A DNA stretch of 64,000 nucleotides from an uncultured bacterium (GTDB taxonomy: Bacteria > Oederibacteriota > Oederibacteriia > Oederibacteriales > Oederibacteriaceae): the NCBI GenBank assembly GCA_965112635.1, contig OZ218778.1:2784001-2848000 (forward strand), read 5' to 3'. Positions 21,114 to 30,441 of this stretch are shown one piece after another; position 1 is the stretch's first letter; each line of letters opens with the position of its first letter. Made by a program: the position numbers and the translations under genes. The notes beneath the pieces are model-generated. The model worked only from the letters and a program-made list of their open reading frames with translations. It ran no database searches and was not told the origin of the DNA.

Positions 21114-22739
21114 CTAAGACTCACTCAACCCCGTGCCGCAGACGAACACCTCCGCGCCCAGCTCCCTCATGGCCCCGGCCTTGGCCAGCAGGGCGAGCCG
21201 GGCCTTTTCCATCGTTGGGGCATAGGCGACCTGGATATGGTTGGATTTATGCCGGGCCATGAACTGGTCCCGGCTGATGCCTTTTAAAACCGCGTTCATC
21301 ATAGGCCACTGGGGAGTGGTCAGCCTCCACCTCTCCGCAACCTCATGGTCCGGAAGTTGGACACACTCAGCCAGGCCGATATCCATTTTGACCCTGTTGT
21401 TTTGCACGAAAACCCTGCTCCAGACAATGGGTCCAGGCTTGCTCACCCCCCGGATGGTGGACCCGCCTTGGGGAAAGAACATGGCCGGCTGCCTCATGCC
21501 CACAGCGTCCCGATATCCCCTGGGAAAATGGACCGGAGGGACCGCTCCGGAAATGAGGAAAAGCCAGACAAATTCATCTTTGCCGTCCATCCAGTATGTC
21601 CGGCCCCAGCGCACGTCGTGCAGGGTGTTTTCCGGGCTCAGGCCCAGTTTGCGCCAGATGCGATAGGTGATGAGGCCGTCCACGCCCGCACTCTCGTCGA
21701 CTTCGTTGAAATGGGGCACGGCCTCTCCGCTGAAAAGCACCTTGCCAGTGGTCTCATGGCGCACCGGCGGCCGGTCTACATTATTAAGTAGTCCCTCGAC
21801 CAGGTCAGAGGCCGGGCACAGGTCTTTAAGACCTTGCTGGTATTGGATGCCGATGACCGAACAGCCGAATTCGTCCGCTATCCGGACAGCGGCTACATAC
21901 ATCTTGCACTGGCCCAGCACTTGCTTGAGGGTCAGGTCGGTCTTTTCGTTCTTCCCGAACTGGAACCGCATGCCTTTTTTGACCAGCCAGTTATAAACCT
22001 GCCGGGCCTCCTGGTCGAACACGGTCAGCATCCTGGCATACAGGGCCGACTGACTTAGCCGCTCCTTGAAAATACCCAGCGGATGCAAAAGCTCTTCGGG
22101 GATGATGGCGTTGAACATACCCATGCACCCCTCGTCAAAACAGCCCATGATGGCCTTGTTCTTCAGTAGGTCGCTGGCCACTGCCTTAGCCGCGGCTTTG
22201 GCCCTGGCCGGAATATTATATTCTTTAAGCGGATGGACATGGCTCAGGTCGTGTTTCACCAAACCTTTGGCGAGCCAGGACCTCAAACCTCTGAGGAAAA
22301 ATTCATCCGTAAAGTCTTCGCTCCACAAAGAACTGTAGGGGATATTGGCCTTGGCCAGGCAGGCGCACAGGTTCAGCATCCCCACCAGGCCGGGCCACTG
22401 TCCGCTCCAGTTGGCTACCACCAGGATGGGGCCGGTGTGGGTGTAGAGACCGGGAAGCACATGGTGGCTGTATTCCCAAACCGCCTCAGCCACGACCAGA
22501 GGCGCGTCAACCGGTATCTTTTTGAAAACCTCCATTCCCATCTTCTGGCTGTGAATGAAACTGTGCTTTTCCACGGGGTCATAGCCATGCGCCCGCTGGA
22601 CCGACCAGCCCTGGGCCCTGATAGCCGCTATAAGTTTTGATTCCATTGCTCTCTGGGCTGCTTCGCATTCCTGGTTGGCCGAAAGCCTGAGGTCGCCGTT
22701 GGCGATAAGGTAAACCGTCTTAGCTTGTTTTCTAGCCAT
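21114..22739 (-). CDS. L-fucose/L-arabinose isomerase-family protein
   Basis: 541 aa; WPGLVGMLNL, GCMGMFN, GIQYQQG, HFNEVDE, HDVRWG, SNHIQVAY. Confidence 0.8.
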   Translation of the reverse strand: MARKQAKTVYLIANGDLRLSANQECEAAQRAMESKLIAAIRAQGWSVQRAHGYDPVEKHSFIHSQKMGMEVFKKIPVDAPLVVAEAVWEYSHHVLPGLYTHTGPILVVANWSGQWPGLVGMLNLCACLAKANIPYSSLWSEDFTDEFFLRGLRSWLAKGLVKHDLSHVHPLKEYNIPARAKAAAKAVASDLLKNKAIMGCFDEGCMGMFNAIIPEELLHPLGIFKERLSQSALYARMLTVFDQEARQVYNWLVKKGMRFQFGKNEKTDLTLKQVLGQCKMYVAAVRIADEFGCSVIGIQYQQGLKDLCPASDLVEGLLNNVDRPPVRHETTGKVLFSGEAVPHFNEVDESAGVDGLITYRIWRKLGLSPENTLHDVRWGRTYWMDGKDEFVWLFLISGAVPPVHFPRGYRDAVGMRQPAMFFPQGGSTIRGVSKPGPIVWSRVFVQNNRVKMDIGLAECVQLPDHEVAERWRLTTPQWPMMNAVLKGISRDQFMARHKSNHIQVAYAPTMEKARLALLAKAGAMRELGAEVFVCGTGLSES

Positions 22740-22751
22740 ACTCGTCCTTTT

Positions 22752-23804
22752 TTAAAATAGCCTGGGGGAAAGCTTGATCTTTAGCGTTTTGGCGTGTTTT
22801 TTCAGGCCTTTTGCGGTCAGGCCCAGGTCAATGGTATCCGTTGATTTAACCTTGGCCGAGGCCAGCAAAGTGGCCAATCCCATGGCCGAGGCCACGGTTC
22901 TTTTATCCGCCTGCCCCTTGTTGAGGAAAGGCAAACCTTTGGCCAGGCCAATGATGAGTCCGGAAACGAACGCGTCCCCTGCCCCGGCTGAATTGACCGC
23001 CTTGACCTTAAAGCTGGGGAAAAACTGCCAGCCGCCCGCCTCATAACCATAGGCGCCCTTGCTTCCCAGAGTTACGGATATCCTCACAGCCGGGTTGAAC
23101 TTCCTGAGCAGCCCGGCAGTCCTGTGCAGCACCCGGCTAACCTTGGCCTTAGCGCTGACCCCGGCCAACGCGCTAGCCTCGTCCTCGTTCAAACACACCA
23201 GGTCTGTCTTGCTGAACATCCTCATCCTCAGAGCCTGCCTGGCTTCGCCTGAGGTGATGGCCGCGATGCGGAAAAACCTATACTGCTGAGCCAGGGTAAG
23301 AAGCCTCATCCGGGCTGCGATGGGCACTTCTGGCGCGGCCAGGGCTAGGCCGCGGCCGGTATACTTTTTAAAAACCGATAACAGGGCCTGCATGTCTTTG
23401 GGGGTAACCCGGGAGCTGGCGCTGTCCTTGGTCGTGATATTCCCGCCTGAACGGTCAGGATACAGGAAACAGGTGGAAAAAAGAGTAGGTACTCCGGGGA
23501 TGGTTTTGACGCAAGAGGTGTCTATACCGGCTTTTTTCATCAGGCCCAGCAAATCCTGGCCTGCCCTGTCTTTCCCCACCGCTCCGGCCAGCACGACTTT
23601 GAATTTTTTTCCGAGCAGTTTGGCCGGATAATGGAGGATGATGTGGCCTTTGCAAAAATCATGGAAATTTCGCAGGCGTGCACCCCGGCTTTCGTTCCTG
23701 CCCAGGGTATGGTGGCCTTCCAGCTCGAAGAAATCGCCCGACCCGATGCCGCCCGTGCCGACCAGGCAGGCGTAGCAGGAGGACATTTTCAAAGCAGTTC
23801 CCAT
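22752..23804 (-). CDS. PfkB-family carbohydrate kinase
   Basis: GAVGKD..G, LNEDEA, VTLGSKG, NSAGAGDAF. Confidence 0.9.
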   Translation of the reverse strand: MGTALKMSSCYACLVGTGGIGSGDFFELEGHHTLGRNESRGARLRNFHDFCKGHIILHYPAKLLGKKFKVVLAGAVGKDRAGQDLLGLMKKAGIDTSCVKTIPGVPTLFSTCFLYPDRSGGNITTKDSASSRVTPKDMQALLSVFKKYTGRGLALAAPEVPIAARMRLLTLAQQYRFFRIAAITSGEARQALRMRMFSKTDLVCLNEDEASALAGVSAKAKVSRVLHRTAGLLRKFNPAVRISVTLGSKGAYGYEAGGWQFFPSFKVKAVNSAGAGDAFVSGLIIGLAKGLPFLNKGQADKRTVASAMGLATLLASAKVKSTDTIDLGLTAKGLKKHAKTLKIKLSPRLF

Positions 23805-24676
23805 TCCGGGTGGACGCTGATGGGATGCGTGGCGGTCTCTATGGTCGCGGTGATGACAGCGTCAGGATGTTTTTGGAGCAGGGTCATGGGATATTCCGGC
23901 GTGAGGGGCCCGAACAAGGCGACCCGCAAAGCCGTCTGTTTCCAGGCTCCCGTGTCGCTGAATACCCTCACTTTTTTGGCGGACAGGCACTGCTTGATGC
24001 CCAGGGTGATGGACATGGGCGGCACGAACTGGTAAGCCGCGCCAAAAGTCCTTTGGGCCAGGGCCAAAACCGTGTCCCAGTTGTTGTCCTGCATCCTCAC
24101 GGTCGCGTTTTTGAGGTCCTCGATATTGACCTTGCTGTAAGGGTGCCTGCGGGTCTGGTTGTAGGCCACATGACCGTCCTGCCCCCAGCCTCCCAGGGTG
24201 AAATCCACCGGGGCCTCTGCAATGCGCCGCTCCACTTCCAGGAAGGTATTGGGCAAAAGCCAGTGTCTGTGATACTCCGGTACGGCCAGGTCCGGATTGA
24301 TGCCGCCGTAAAAATGCTTTTCCATGAAAGTCTTGAAATTGTAGGGGTGGTTCTTGGGCAGCAAACGGCCCTGCCAGTCCAAGCACTCGTCCATATGGAA
24401 CACTTCGAGGTTCCTCAGGCTCACCTTTTCCTTGTTGACCAGGCGGGTAAAAGGCTCATACCAGCACGCGGGCCCGCAGGGAATGATGGCACGGGTCTGC
24501 TCGCCTTTTTTATTGTGCTTCTTGATCTCGTCCGCCAGTTCCCGGGCCATCAGCCGGCCCATGGCCGCGCTGTCCTTGACCAGCCTGAAAGGGACTTTGG
24601 CCTTCCGGTGGCCGGCTAGTTTTTTGGCTGGGATTTTGCACCACTCATACAGGTCTTTTAACAGGATGTCCGCCAT
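23789..24676 (-). CDS. NagB-like sugar-phosphate isomerase/deaminase
   Basis: IIPCGP, FHMDE, GGWGQDGHVAYN, SITLGIK, EYPMTLLQKH. Confidence 0.8.
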   Translation of the reverse strand: MADILLKDLYEWCKIPAKKLAGHRKAKVPFRLVKDSAAMGRLMARELADEIKKHNKKGEQTRAIIPCGPACWYEPFTRLVNKEKVSLRNLEVFHMDECLDWQGRLLPKNHPYNFKTFMEKHFYGGINPDLAVPEYHRHWLLPNTFLEVERRIAEAPVDFTLGGWGQDGHVAYNQTRRHPYSKVNIEDLKNATVRMQDNNWDTVLALAQRTFGAAYQFVPPMSITLGIKQCLSAKKVRVFSDTGAWKQTALRVALFGPLTPEYPMTLLQKHPDAVITATIETATHPISVHPEWELL

Positions 24677-24690
24677 GTTCTCTCCTCAGT

Positions 24691-25377
24691 TTATTTGATC
24701 TTGTAAAAAATGTTTTTGCGTTTGGCTGCCTGACCGTAAACATGATGGTAACGGTAGTAATACTTCTGCGCTTCCCTGGCCGGCAGGGGTTTGGGGTTGC
24801 CCAACAGCAGGGCCAGATGGCAGGTCTTGGCGATATCCTCTATCATCACCGCCGCCTTGACCGCAGCCACTGGGTCCTTGCCAAAGGTGAACACCCCGTG
24901 CTGCCTCACCAGCACTGCCGGCATCTGGGAGTTTTTAAGAGTTTCCCAAATGGCCCTGCCCGTGTCGTCCGGGTCTGAAGAGGCGAACCGGGTCACGGGC
25001 ACGGTCTCGCCGAACTCATCCGCGTGGCTGGTCAGATAGACCGGCAAAGGCTTGCCCAACAGGGCGAAACTGGTGGCATAGTTGGAATGGGTGTGGACAA
25101 TGCCGCCCAGGTCCGGCCTTTTGAGGTAGATGAGCAGATGGGAAAGCGAGTCCACCGAGGGCGCGTGCTTGCCCCCCACCACATCTCCCTTGCTGCTGAC
25201 CACGACCATATCCGTAGGTTTTAATTTGTCGAAAGCCACGCCGCTGGGCTTGATGACCATGCACCTGGTCTTCCGGTCAAACCCGCTGACATTGCCGCTA
25301 GTCATAGTCACCAGGCCGTGGCCCGGTAAGGACCGGTTCATTGCGCAAACCTGTTTTTTCAGAGCTTCAAGCATCAC
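24691..25377 (-). CDS. Class II aldolase/epimerase, L-ribulose-5-phosphate 4-epimerase-like
   Basis: SGNVS, IKPSGV, PSVD, HTHS, HADEF, HGVF. Confidence 0.88.
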   Translation of the reverse strand: MMLEALKKQVCAMNRSLPGHGLVTMTSGNVSGFDRKTRCMVIKPSGVAFDKLKPTDMVVVSSKGDVVGGKHAPSVDSLSHLLIYLKRPDLGGIVHTHSNYATSFALLGKPLPVYLTSHADEFGETVPVTRFASSDPDDTGRAIWETLKNSQMPAVLVRQHGVFTFGKDPVAAVKAAVMIEDIAKTCHLALLLGNPKPLPAREAQKYYYRYHHVYGQAAKRKNIFYKIK

Positions 25378-25448
25378 GCCCCCCGTTTTGAAAATAAGAT
25401 ATCCTGATTATAACAAACTTTCCCTGCCGGGTCTTTTCCAGTCGCGGC

Positions 25449-26576
25449 CTAGGAATGAATTCCCAGCTCTTTTTCCAGCTCCCTGGCCTGCCCTGGGGTT
25501 TCGGCCCTGGTGGTCACAAAAACCCCGGTCCGGTCGAACCTGCGGCAGAAATTCACCACCTCGGCCGGAGGCAGGATCACCACCAGCCTTTTCCCCGCTT
25601 TTTGGATGCGGTCGTAAAGAGGGTACCATTGCGGGTCTTCCCACTGGGGCTTTCCTGCCCCAGGCACCCATTGGATACCGCCCAGTTCAGGGATGTCCAG
25701 CAGGGTATCCAGGTGCGGTATCTGACCCATTCCGTCCCAGTGGTAAATACTATGCTGCAGGAACCGGCACTGGTCCCTCAAAATGGGCCCCTCTATTTTT
25801 TCGAAATGTTTGGGTGAGATCATATAGGAAAAATCAGCCTGCAAAGGCGACCAGCGCTGGGGCGACCAGGGCCCCATCCAGGCCGCCGAAGTCCCCTCGT
25901 CGCCTTCTGCCCGGTGGAGCTGGTAGACCTCCTCGTAAGCCTGCTTCCACAGTTCGTTGATATGCCGGCAGGCCTCCAGGACCAGGTCCGGCTCAGCGGC
26001 CACATCCTCGAGAAGCTGGAGGCTCGTGCGCAGGGAAGAAAGGATATCCATGACCCCGCCCAGGTCAATGATGCTGATGGCGTACCGGTCTTTCCTGTTG
26101 CTCAGGAACATCCGGGACAGCTCCAGAGTTTTTTTCCACCAGTATTGCTCCGGGTCCAGCTTCAGGGACAGGATCTTGTCCCAGGCCATGGGTTCAGGAA
26201 GCTCGAACCAGCTGGTCTCGCCTTCCTTGCTGAACTGGAGGAAGCCCGTGAGGCAGGCCGCCAAAGAGCCCGGCCCAAAATTGGTGAACAGCATCGGGTA
26301 AGCGTCCCCGTAATAACCCTGAGCGGCAAAATGAGCGTCGAACTTTTCCAAAAGCTCCGGGAAGGTAGCGTTGCCGTCCTTGCCCGGTCCGGTCAGCCAC
26401 TGCAGCAGCCACCACCAGGGGTCTTCGTTCAAGACCCAGCTGAATTTTTTTGGGGTTTTTGGGGCGTCCGGCTTGAGGCAGGTGATCTCCGCCAGGGGGC
26501 CGCAATGGGGGTCATTCCAAAAACGGGTGAATCTTTCTTTGGTGCGGGGCCAGTTAGGGGCCAAACCTGGTTCCAC
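25449..26576 (-). CDS. URO-D/methyltransferase-like TIM-barrel protein, paralogue 2
   Basis: Clear paralogue of 19942-21057, with long near-identical peptide blocks. Confidence 0.7.
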   Translation of the reverse strand: MEPGLAPNWPRTKERFTRFWNDPHCGPLAEITCLKPDAPKTPKKFSWVLNEDPWWWLLQWLTGPGKDGNATFPELLEKFDAHFAAQGYYGDAYPMLFTNFGPGSLAACLTGFLQFSKEGETSWFELPEPMAWDKILSLKLDPEQYWWKKTLELSRMFLSNRKDRYAISIIDLGGVMDILSSLRTSLQLLEDVAAEPDLVLEACRHINELWKQAYEEVYQLHRAEGDEGTSAAWMGPWSPQRWSPLQADFSYMISPKHFEKIEGPILRDQCRFLQHSIYHWDGMGQIPHLDTLLDIPELGGIQWVPGAGKPQWEDPQWYPLYDRIQKAGKRLVVILPPAEVVNFCRRFDRTGVFVTTRAETPGQARELEKELGIHS

Positions 26577-26585
26577 GAGGACTCC

Positions 26586-27395
26586 CTAGAACTCGAACAG
26601 TTTTAACTTTTTAAGCGCGCCAGCCCGATAATGCCTTTTTCCATCCCTGTATTCGTCCTGGTCCTCTTTGGTTTTGAGCTTGCCCGGCACTTCCAGGCTC
26701 ATCAAATATTCCATGGTCCTTTTGAAATCCTGCTCTATCTTCTGGCAGGATAAGGGGTCATAGCCCCGCTCCATGCCGTAGAGATAGCTCCGCTCGTCCT
26801 TATAGGCCCAGTCCGCTTTGGTCCCCGCCTTGACCTCAGGGATCGTGTAAACGCCCTGGTCCACCAGGGCCAGCACAAAGGACCTGGCGGCCTTGAACTT
26901 TTCCGCCACTTTGTAGACCCTGAGCCTTTCCAGCACGGTCGCGGTCTTCATAAATTGGTTGCCCATGGTCCGCAGTTCCTTGGTCAGGCTGGCCAGTTCG
27001 CTGAGTCTTTCCTTGTTCTGGTAGCGGTACCCCAAAAGCTCGCTCCAGCGGTAAAAGGTCCTGCCCATGCGTTCCAGCAGTTGGGCCTGGTGGCCTTTGA
27101 TGCCGGTCTCCTTGAAAAAATATTCGAACGAAGCCTCGGCTTCCTCAGGATGTCCGCCGTAAACATATTGCAGGTATTTCAAGGGATGGGAAATGGTAAA
27201 AGGCTGGTCCAGCATTTTGCCGTAGGTGGGTATTTCCTCCGGCCCGAAAGTCACCTCGCCGAAAGGGTCGTCCAGGTAATGCCTGGTCTCTTCTGCCGGC
27301 GTCTGGCCCCGCGCCCCCGGAGCCGCAAAAACAACCCCGAGCAGCAACAGCACGCACCCAAGTTTGATAAATTTCCGCAAAATGACTCCCGTCAA
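26586..27395 (-). CDS. Hypothetical exported protein
   Basis: Signal peptide (…VVFAAPGARG), helical body, no recognised motif. The real start may be the TTG at 27380. Confidence 0.7.
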   Translation of the reverse strand: MTGVILRKFIKLGCVLLLLGVVFAAPGARGQTPAEETRHYLDDPFGEVTFGPEEIPTYGKMLDQPFTISHPLKYLQYVYGGHPEEAEASFEYFFKETGIKGHQAQLLERMGRTFYRWSELLGYRYQNKERLSELASLTKELRTMGNQFMKTATVLERLRVYKVAEKFKAARSFVLALVDQGVYTIPEVKAGTKADWAYKDERSYLYGMERGYDPLSCQKIEQDFKRTMEYLMSLEVPGKLKTKEDQDEYRDGKRHYRAGALKKLKLFEF

Positions 27396-27455
27396 AAAAG
27401 TTTCTGGTGAATTTCATTCAATTGTAGCTGAAACTGGCCAACTTGCTACCCCGGT

Positions 27456-28241
27456 TCAGCGTCCTGCCGGTGTTGGGGTCAGGTCCGGCTGGGGATTGCC
27501 CAGATCAAAAAAGTCGGCCTCGACCTTCCCGCTCTGATACACGCTGTAAAGGCCGTATTCGCCTTTGGCTTGCTTGCCTAAAACAGTGTTGACCTGGTTA
27601 AAACACGGAGTGCCGTAAACTTTTAAGTGCCGGTGCACATTCACCCGGCCCGTGATCATCACCCGGACATTGGCGTATTTAATAAGGGTGGTCCAGGGCT
27701 CGTCCGTCTCCATGGGCTTGGATAGGTCCAGGGCGTAATCATCCTTGGCCGGCGGGACCGGCTGGCAGTAAATGACGGGCTTGCTAGCCGCTACCCGGTC
27801 CAGCTCTTGCTTGAGCCAGTCCATGGGCAAAGTGGCTCCGCAAATCCAGATAAAATGAATGCCCTTGTGGTCAAAGCTATAGGCCGGGCTGGCCTGGAAT
27901 TCCTTTAGCCAGGTCTTGTTGGGCTTGAACTTTTTCTCGTCGTCTCCGGGCAAGGCATAGACCTGGACCTTGCTTTGGCTGGCCATCTCTTTGAGCCGAA
28001 TCAAACTCTCCAAAGTCTGCCCGCTCCAGTCTCCCAGCACCAGGATAAAATCGGGCTTTTGCCCGGCCATCTGCTTGAGGCAGGGCTTGAGCCCCAGCCA
28101 CTGCCCTGTGGGCGTCAGGGGCGTATAGGCGATGACCCCGAATTTGAACAGCAGGCTGTCCGTATCCTGCGCCCGGCCGATGGTTCCGGAAACCAGGACA
28201 ACCGCAACTAACAATAAAATCACTGCAAGCAATCTATTCAT
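27456..28241 (-). CDS. Exported calcineurin-like metallophosphoesterase fold protein with degenerate motifs
   Basis: Signal peptide; PDFILVLGD, YALPGDDE and YSFDHKGIHFI show the family spacing. Confidence 0.7.
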   Translation of the reverse strand: MNRLLAVILLLVAVVLVSGTIGRAQDTDSLLFKFGVIAYTPLTPTGQWLGLKPCLKQMAGQKPDFILVLGDWSGQTLESLIRLKEMASQSKVQVYALPGDDEKKFKPNKTWLKEFQASPAYSFDHKGIHFIWICGATLPMDWLKQELDRVAASKPVIYCQPVPPAKDDYALDLSKPMETDEPWTTLIKYANVRVMITGRVNVHRHLKVYGTPCFNQVNTVLGKQAKGEYGLYSVYQSGKVEADFFDLGNPQPDLTPTPAGR

Positions 28242-28268
28242 ATTCTCTCCCCTGCCGATTATCCTTAA

Positions 28269-29036
28269 TTATCTTTCTTGCTTTTTCACCAGATGCGGGA
28301 TTTGTTTCCAGTCAAACCCCAGCAGCTGGGCCGCAGTCCTGTCCACTTCCACAGGATCAAACCCGGCCACGAGCTTATTGACTGGAGGGTCGCATTGCCG
28401 TCCGCCCATATGATATTCCTGCAGGCCGATGGTCGCGTCCAAAACCGTCAGATCCGGGGTGCGGTAACGGTTCAGCTCAATGATGGACTCGTGCATGCGG
28501 CTGTGAAAAGCTGATTTTTTCCAGTGCCCGCCCTGCTGGTAATACTTGGGCGGGGCAAAGCCCATCATGTTCTTGAGCGTGCCGGTGATCTTGGCAAAGC
28601 TGTGGGCCTTGAGCACAGGCACGGAAATGACAAAATGGCTTAGGGCTATTTCCGGCAGATGGAACTCAGGGAACACCTTGCAAGACTTGTTCTTGCACAG
28701 CAGGGTTTTGGCGTGGTTTAAATCCACCAGGGGAACTTGCAGCCTCTGGGAAAGCTCGGTGTAACCCAGCACCTTGAAAGACTGGTCGGTCTCATGCTGG
28801 GCTGCGCCGCACCCCTCGGCAATCACTACTTCGGCTTTGGAGCAGGCCCGTATGTATTTAACAATAGCCTCGCAGCACTGCACCGGCGTGGTCACCGGCG
28901 GCGCAATGGCCTCTACCAGGTTGGGTTTGATGAGGATGGCCTTTTGCCTGGCCAGCACCTCAGCGCCGCCTATCCCATCCAGCGCTTCCTTGACGGACTT
29001 TTCGTAAGAGACGAATTCTACGATTTGCATAGCCAT
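28269..29036 (-). CDS. DUF362-domain protein
   Basis: ILIKPNL, IAEG, VPVLKAH, GTLKNMMG, DPVEVD. Confidence 0.88.
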   Translation of the reverse strand: MAMQIVEFVSYEKSVKEALDGIGGAEVLARQKAILIKPNLVEAIAPPVTTPVQCCEAIVKYIRACSKAEVVIAEGCGAAQHETDQSFKVLGYTELSQRLQVPLVDLNHAKTLLCKNKSCKVFPEFHLPEIALSHFVISVPVLKAHSFAKITGTLKNMMGFAPPKYYQQGGHWKKSAFHSRMHESIIELNRYRTPDLTVLDATIGLQEYHMGGRQCDPPVNKLVAGFDPVEVDRTAAQLLGFDWKQIPHLVKKQER

Positions 29037-29228
29037 ACCTATCTATTTTCGACCTAAATGGGCTAAAGTCAAATTCTAAATCGGTGAGTAGAAAGCATTG
29101 ATAGTGGTGCTAAAATTGACGCTGGGCGGCTATTTCAGGCATACAGAAAATTAAAAAAGCTCCCTTGAGTTAATTCTGTTCCGGAAGAATTTACGTGACC
29201 ACTACATACATTAAAAATTGAAATAAAT

Positions 29229-29741
29229 TTAATGACAAAAAAGTGGTGATATAATAATTCCTAGAGTCATGCCAATAAACAACCCTGCTAATAAACCACC
29301 CTGCTTTGAGTCATTTGGTGATAACGATGCACCTAGTATGCATCCAATACCACCCCCAACAATGCCAACACCAACAGAACATAAGGATTTAACGATTAAT
29401 TTATCCGTATCATTTGTTTGAGATGTTTGGGTTAACGTACTTGTAGATTGGTCGGGAATATTGTTCTGAGCTAGAACAAGTACACCCACATAATCATTTT
29501 TATTTTGGTTCAAATTCGACTTGTCAAATAGCCCTGCCTTACCCTTTTCTATCCAGATATCATCACAGAGGGCATGACTACCATCATCCGATTTATTCAC
29601 AACCCCCTTTTCAATTATTCTCTGATTACTGGCAAGAGGTAAACCAGAATTCAATGCCAACGCCGAACCAGCTGGCAGTACAACTATTAATAATGACAAC
29701 ACTATTGATGTCTCTTTTGTAATTCGGTTAATAAATTTCAC
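29229..29741 (-). CDS. Hypothetical exported/membrane protein with C-terminal glycine-zipper helices (low GC)
   Basis: Signal-like N-terminus and GVGIVGGGIGCILG…GLLAGLFIG; visibly AT-rich DNA. Confidence 0.6.
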   Translation of the reverse strand: MKFINRITKETSIVLSLLIVVLPAGSALALNSGLPLASNQRIIEKGVVNKSDDGSHALCDDIWIEKGKAGLFDKSNLNQNKNDYVGVLVLAQNNIPDQSTSTLTQTSQTNDTDKLIVKSLCSVGVGIVGGGIGCILGASLSPNDSKQGGLLAGLFIGMTLGIIISPLFCH

Positions 29742-30154
29742 TTTTCCTCCACCAACCTAAAATCATTGTCAACTACCCCCTCATTTATCCTATTAATTAG
29801 ACTTGTCGTATGAGTTACTACCTCTAGTCCATCACTGCCCTTCATAATAGTTTTTATCTTTACCGGCATCCATTTCCCCTTGATTTTTTCAATCTCCTCC
29901 ACCTGTAGATCAACTACAATGTCTCCCTTACGGTTTAAAAACTTGGCATCCGTGATGAACCCTTTCTCAACATTTACAGTCCAAATCATAGGTGGCATCA
30001 TCTCTGTTTCTTTTTTTGGCAATGTCTTGACAACACATATATTTTCTTCCGGTTTGCTGGTTTTATGGTCTATCTCAATATCGTAACCTTTCATCAATTC
30101 TTTCAGGCTTGTTCCCATATCCATATTGCCCTTGATCTGGTTCATCATGCTCAC
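29738..30154 (-). CDS. LolA/lipoprotein-sorting-fold protein, probably N-terminally truncated (low GC)
   Basis: IWTVNVEKG…KIKGKWMP…INEGVVDNDF resembles the C-terminal half of this fold; no signal peptide. Confidence 0.45.
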   Translation of the reverse strand: MSMMNQIKGNMDMGTSLKELMKGYDIEIDHKTSKPEENICVVKTLPKKETEMMPPMIWTVNVEKGFITDAKFLNRKGDIVVDLQVEEIEKIKGKWMPVKIKTIMKGSDGLEVVTHTTSLINRINEGVVDNDFRLVEEK

Positions 30155-30441
30155 ATCTGCCTTATGATGATGTGTAGTGTGTAACCAAATTCTTTCTGGA
30201 ATAACAGAGGTCTAAGGCAAAGGATACCGCCTACTAAGGAGCTGGTCAATGCCAGCCAAGGAGGCGGAAACAACTACCCAAGCAGAGAATACATCCTTTC
30301 CAAGGGCATCTGGAACACAAGCCAAGGAAGTATTTTTTCCAGGCCTTAGTCCTATCAATCTAAGGCAAGCTTTTCTCCAATTTTATCAGCCTCCTCATTC
30401 ACATCCAACCCGCGCACCAAGCCCTGGCTGGCCCAGGAATA

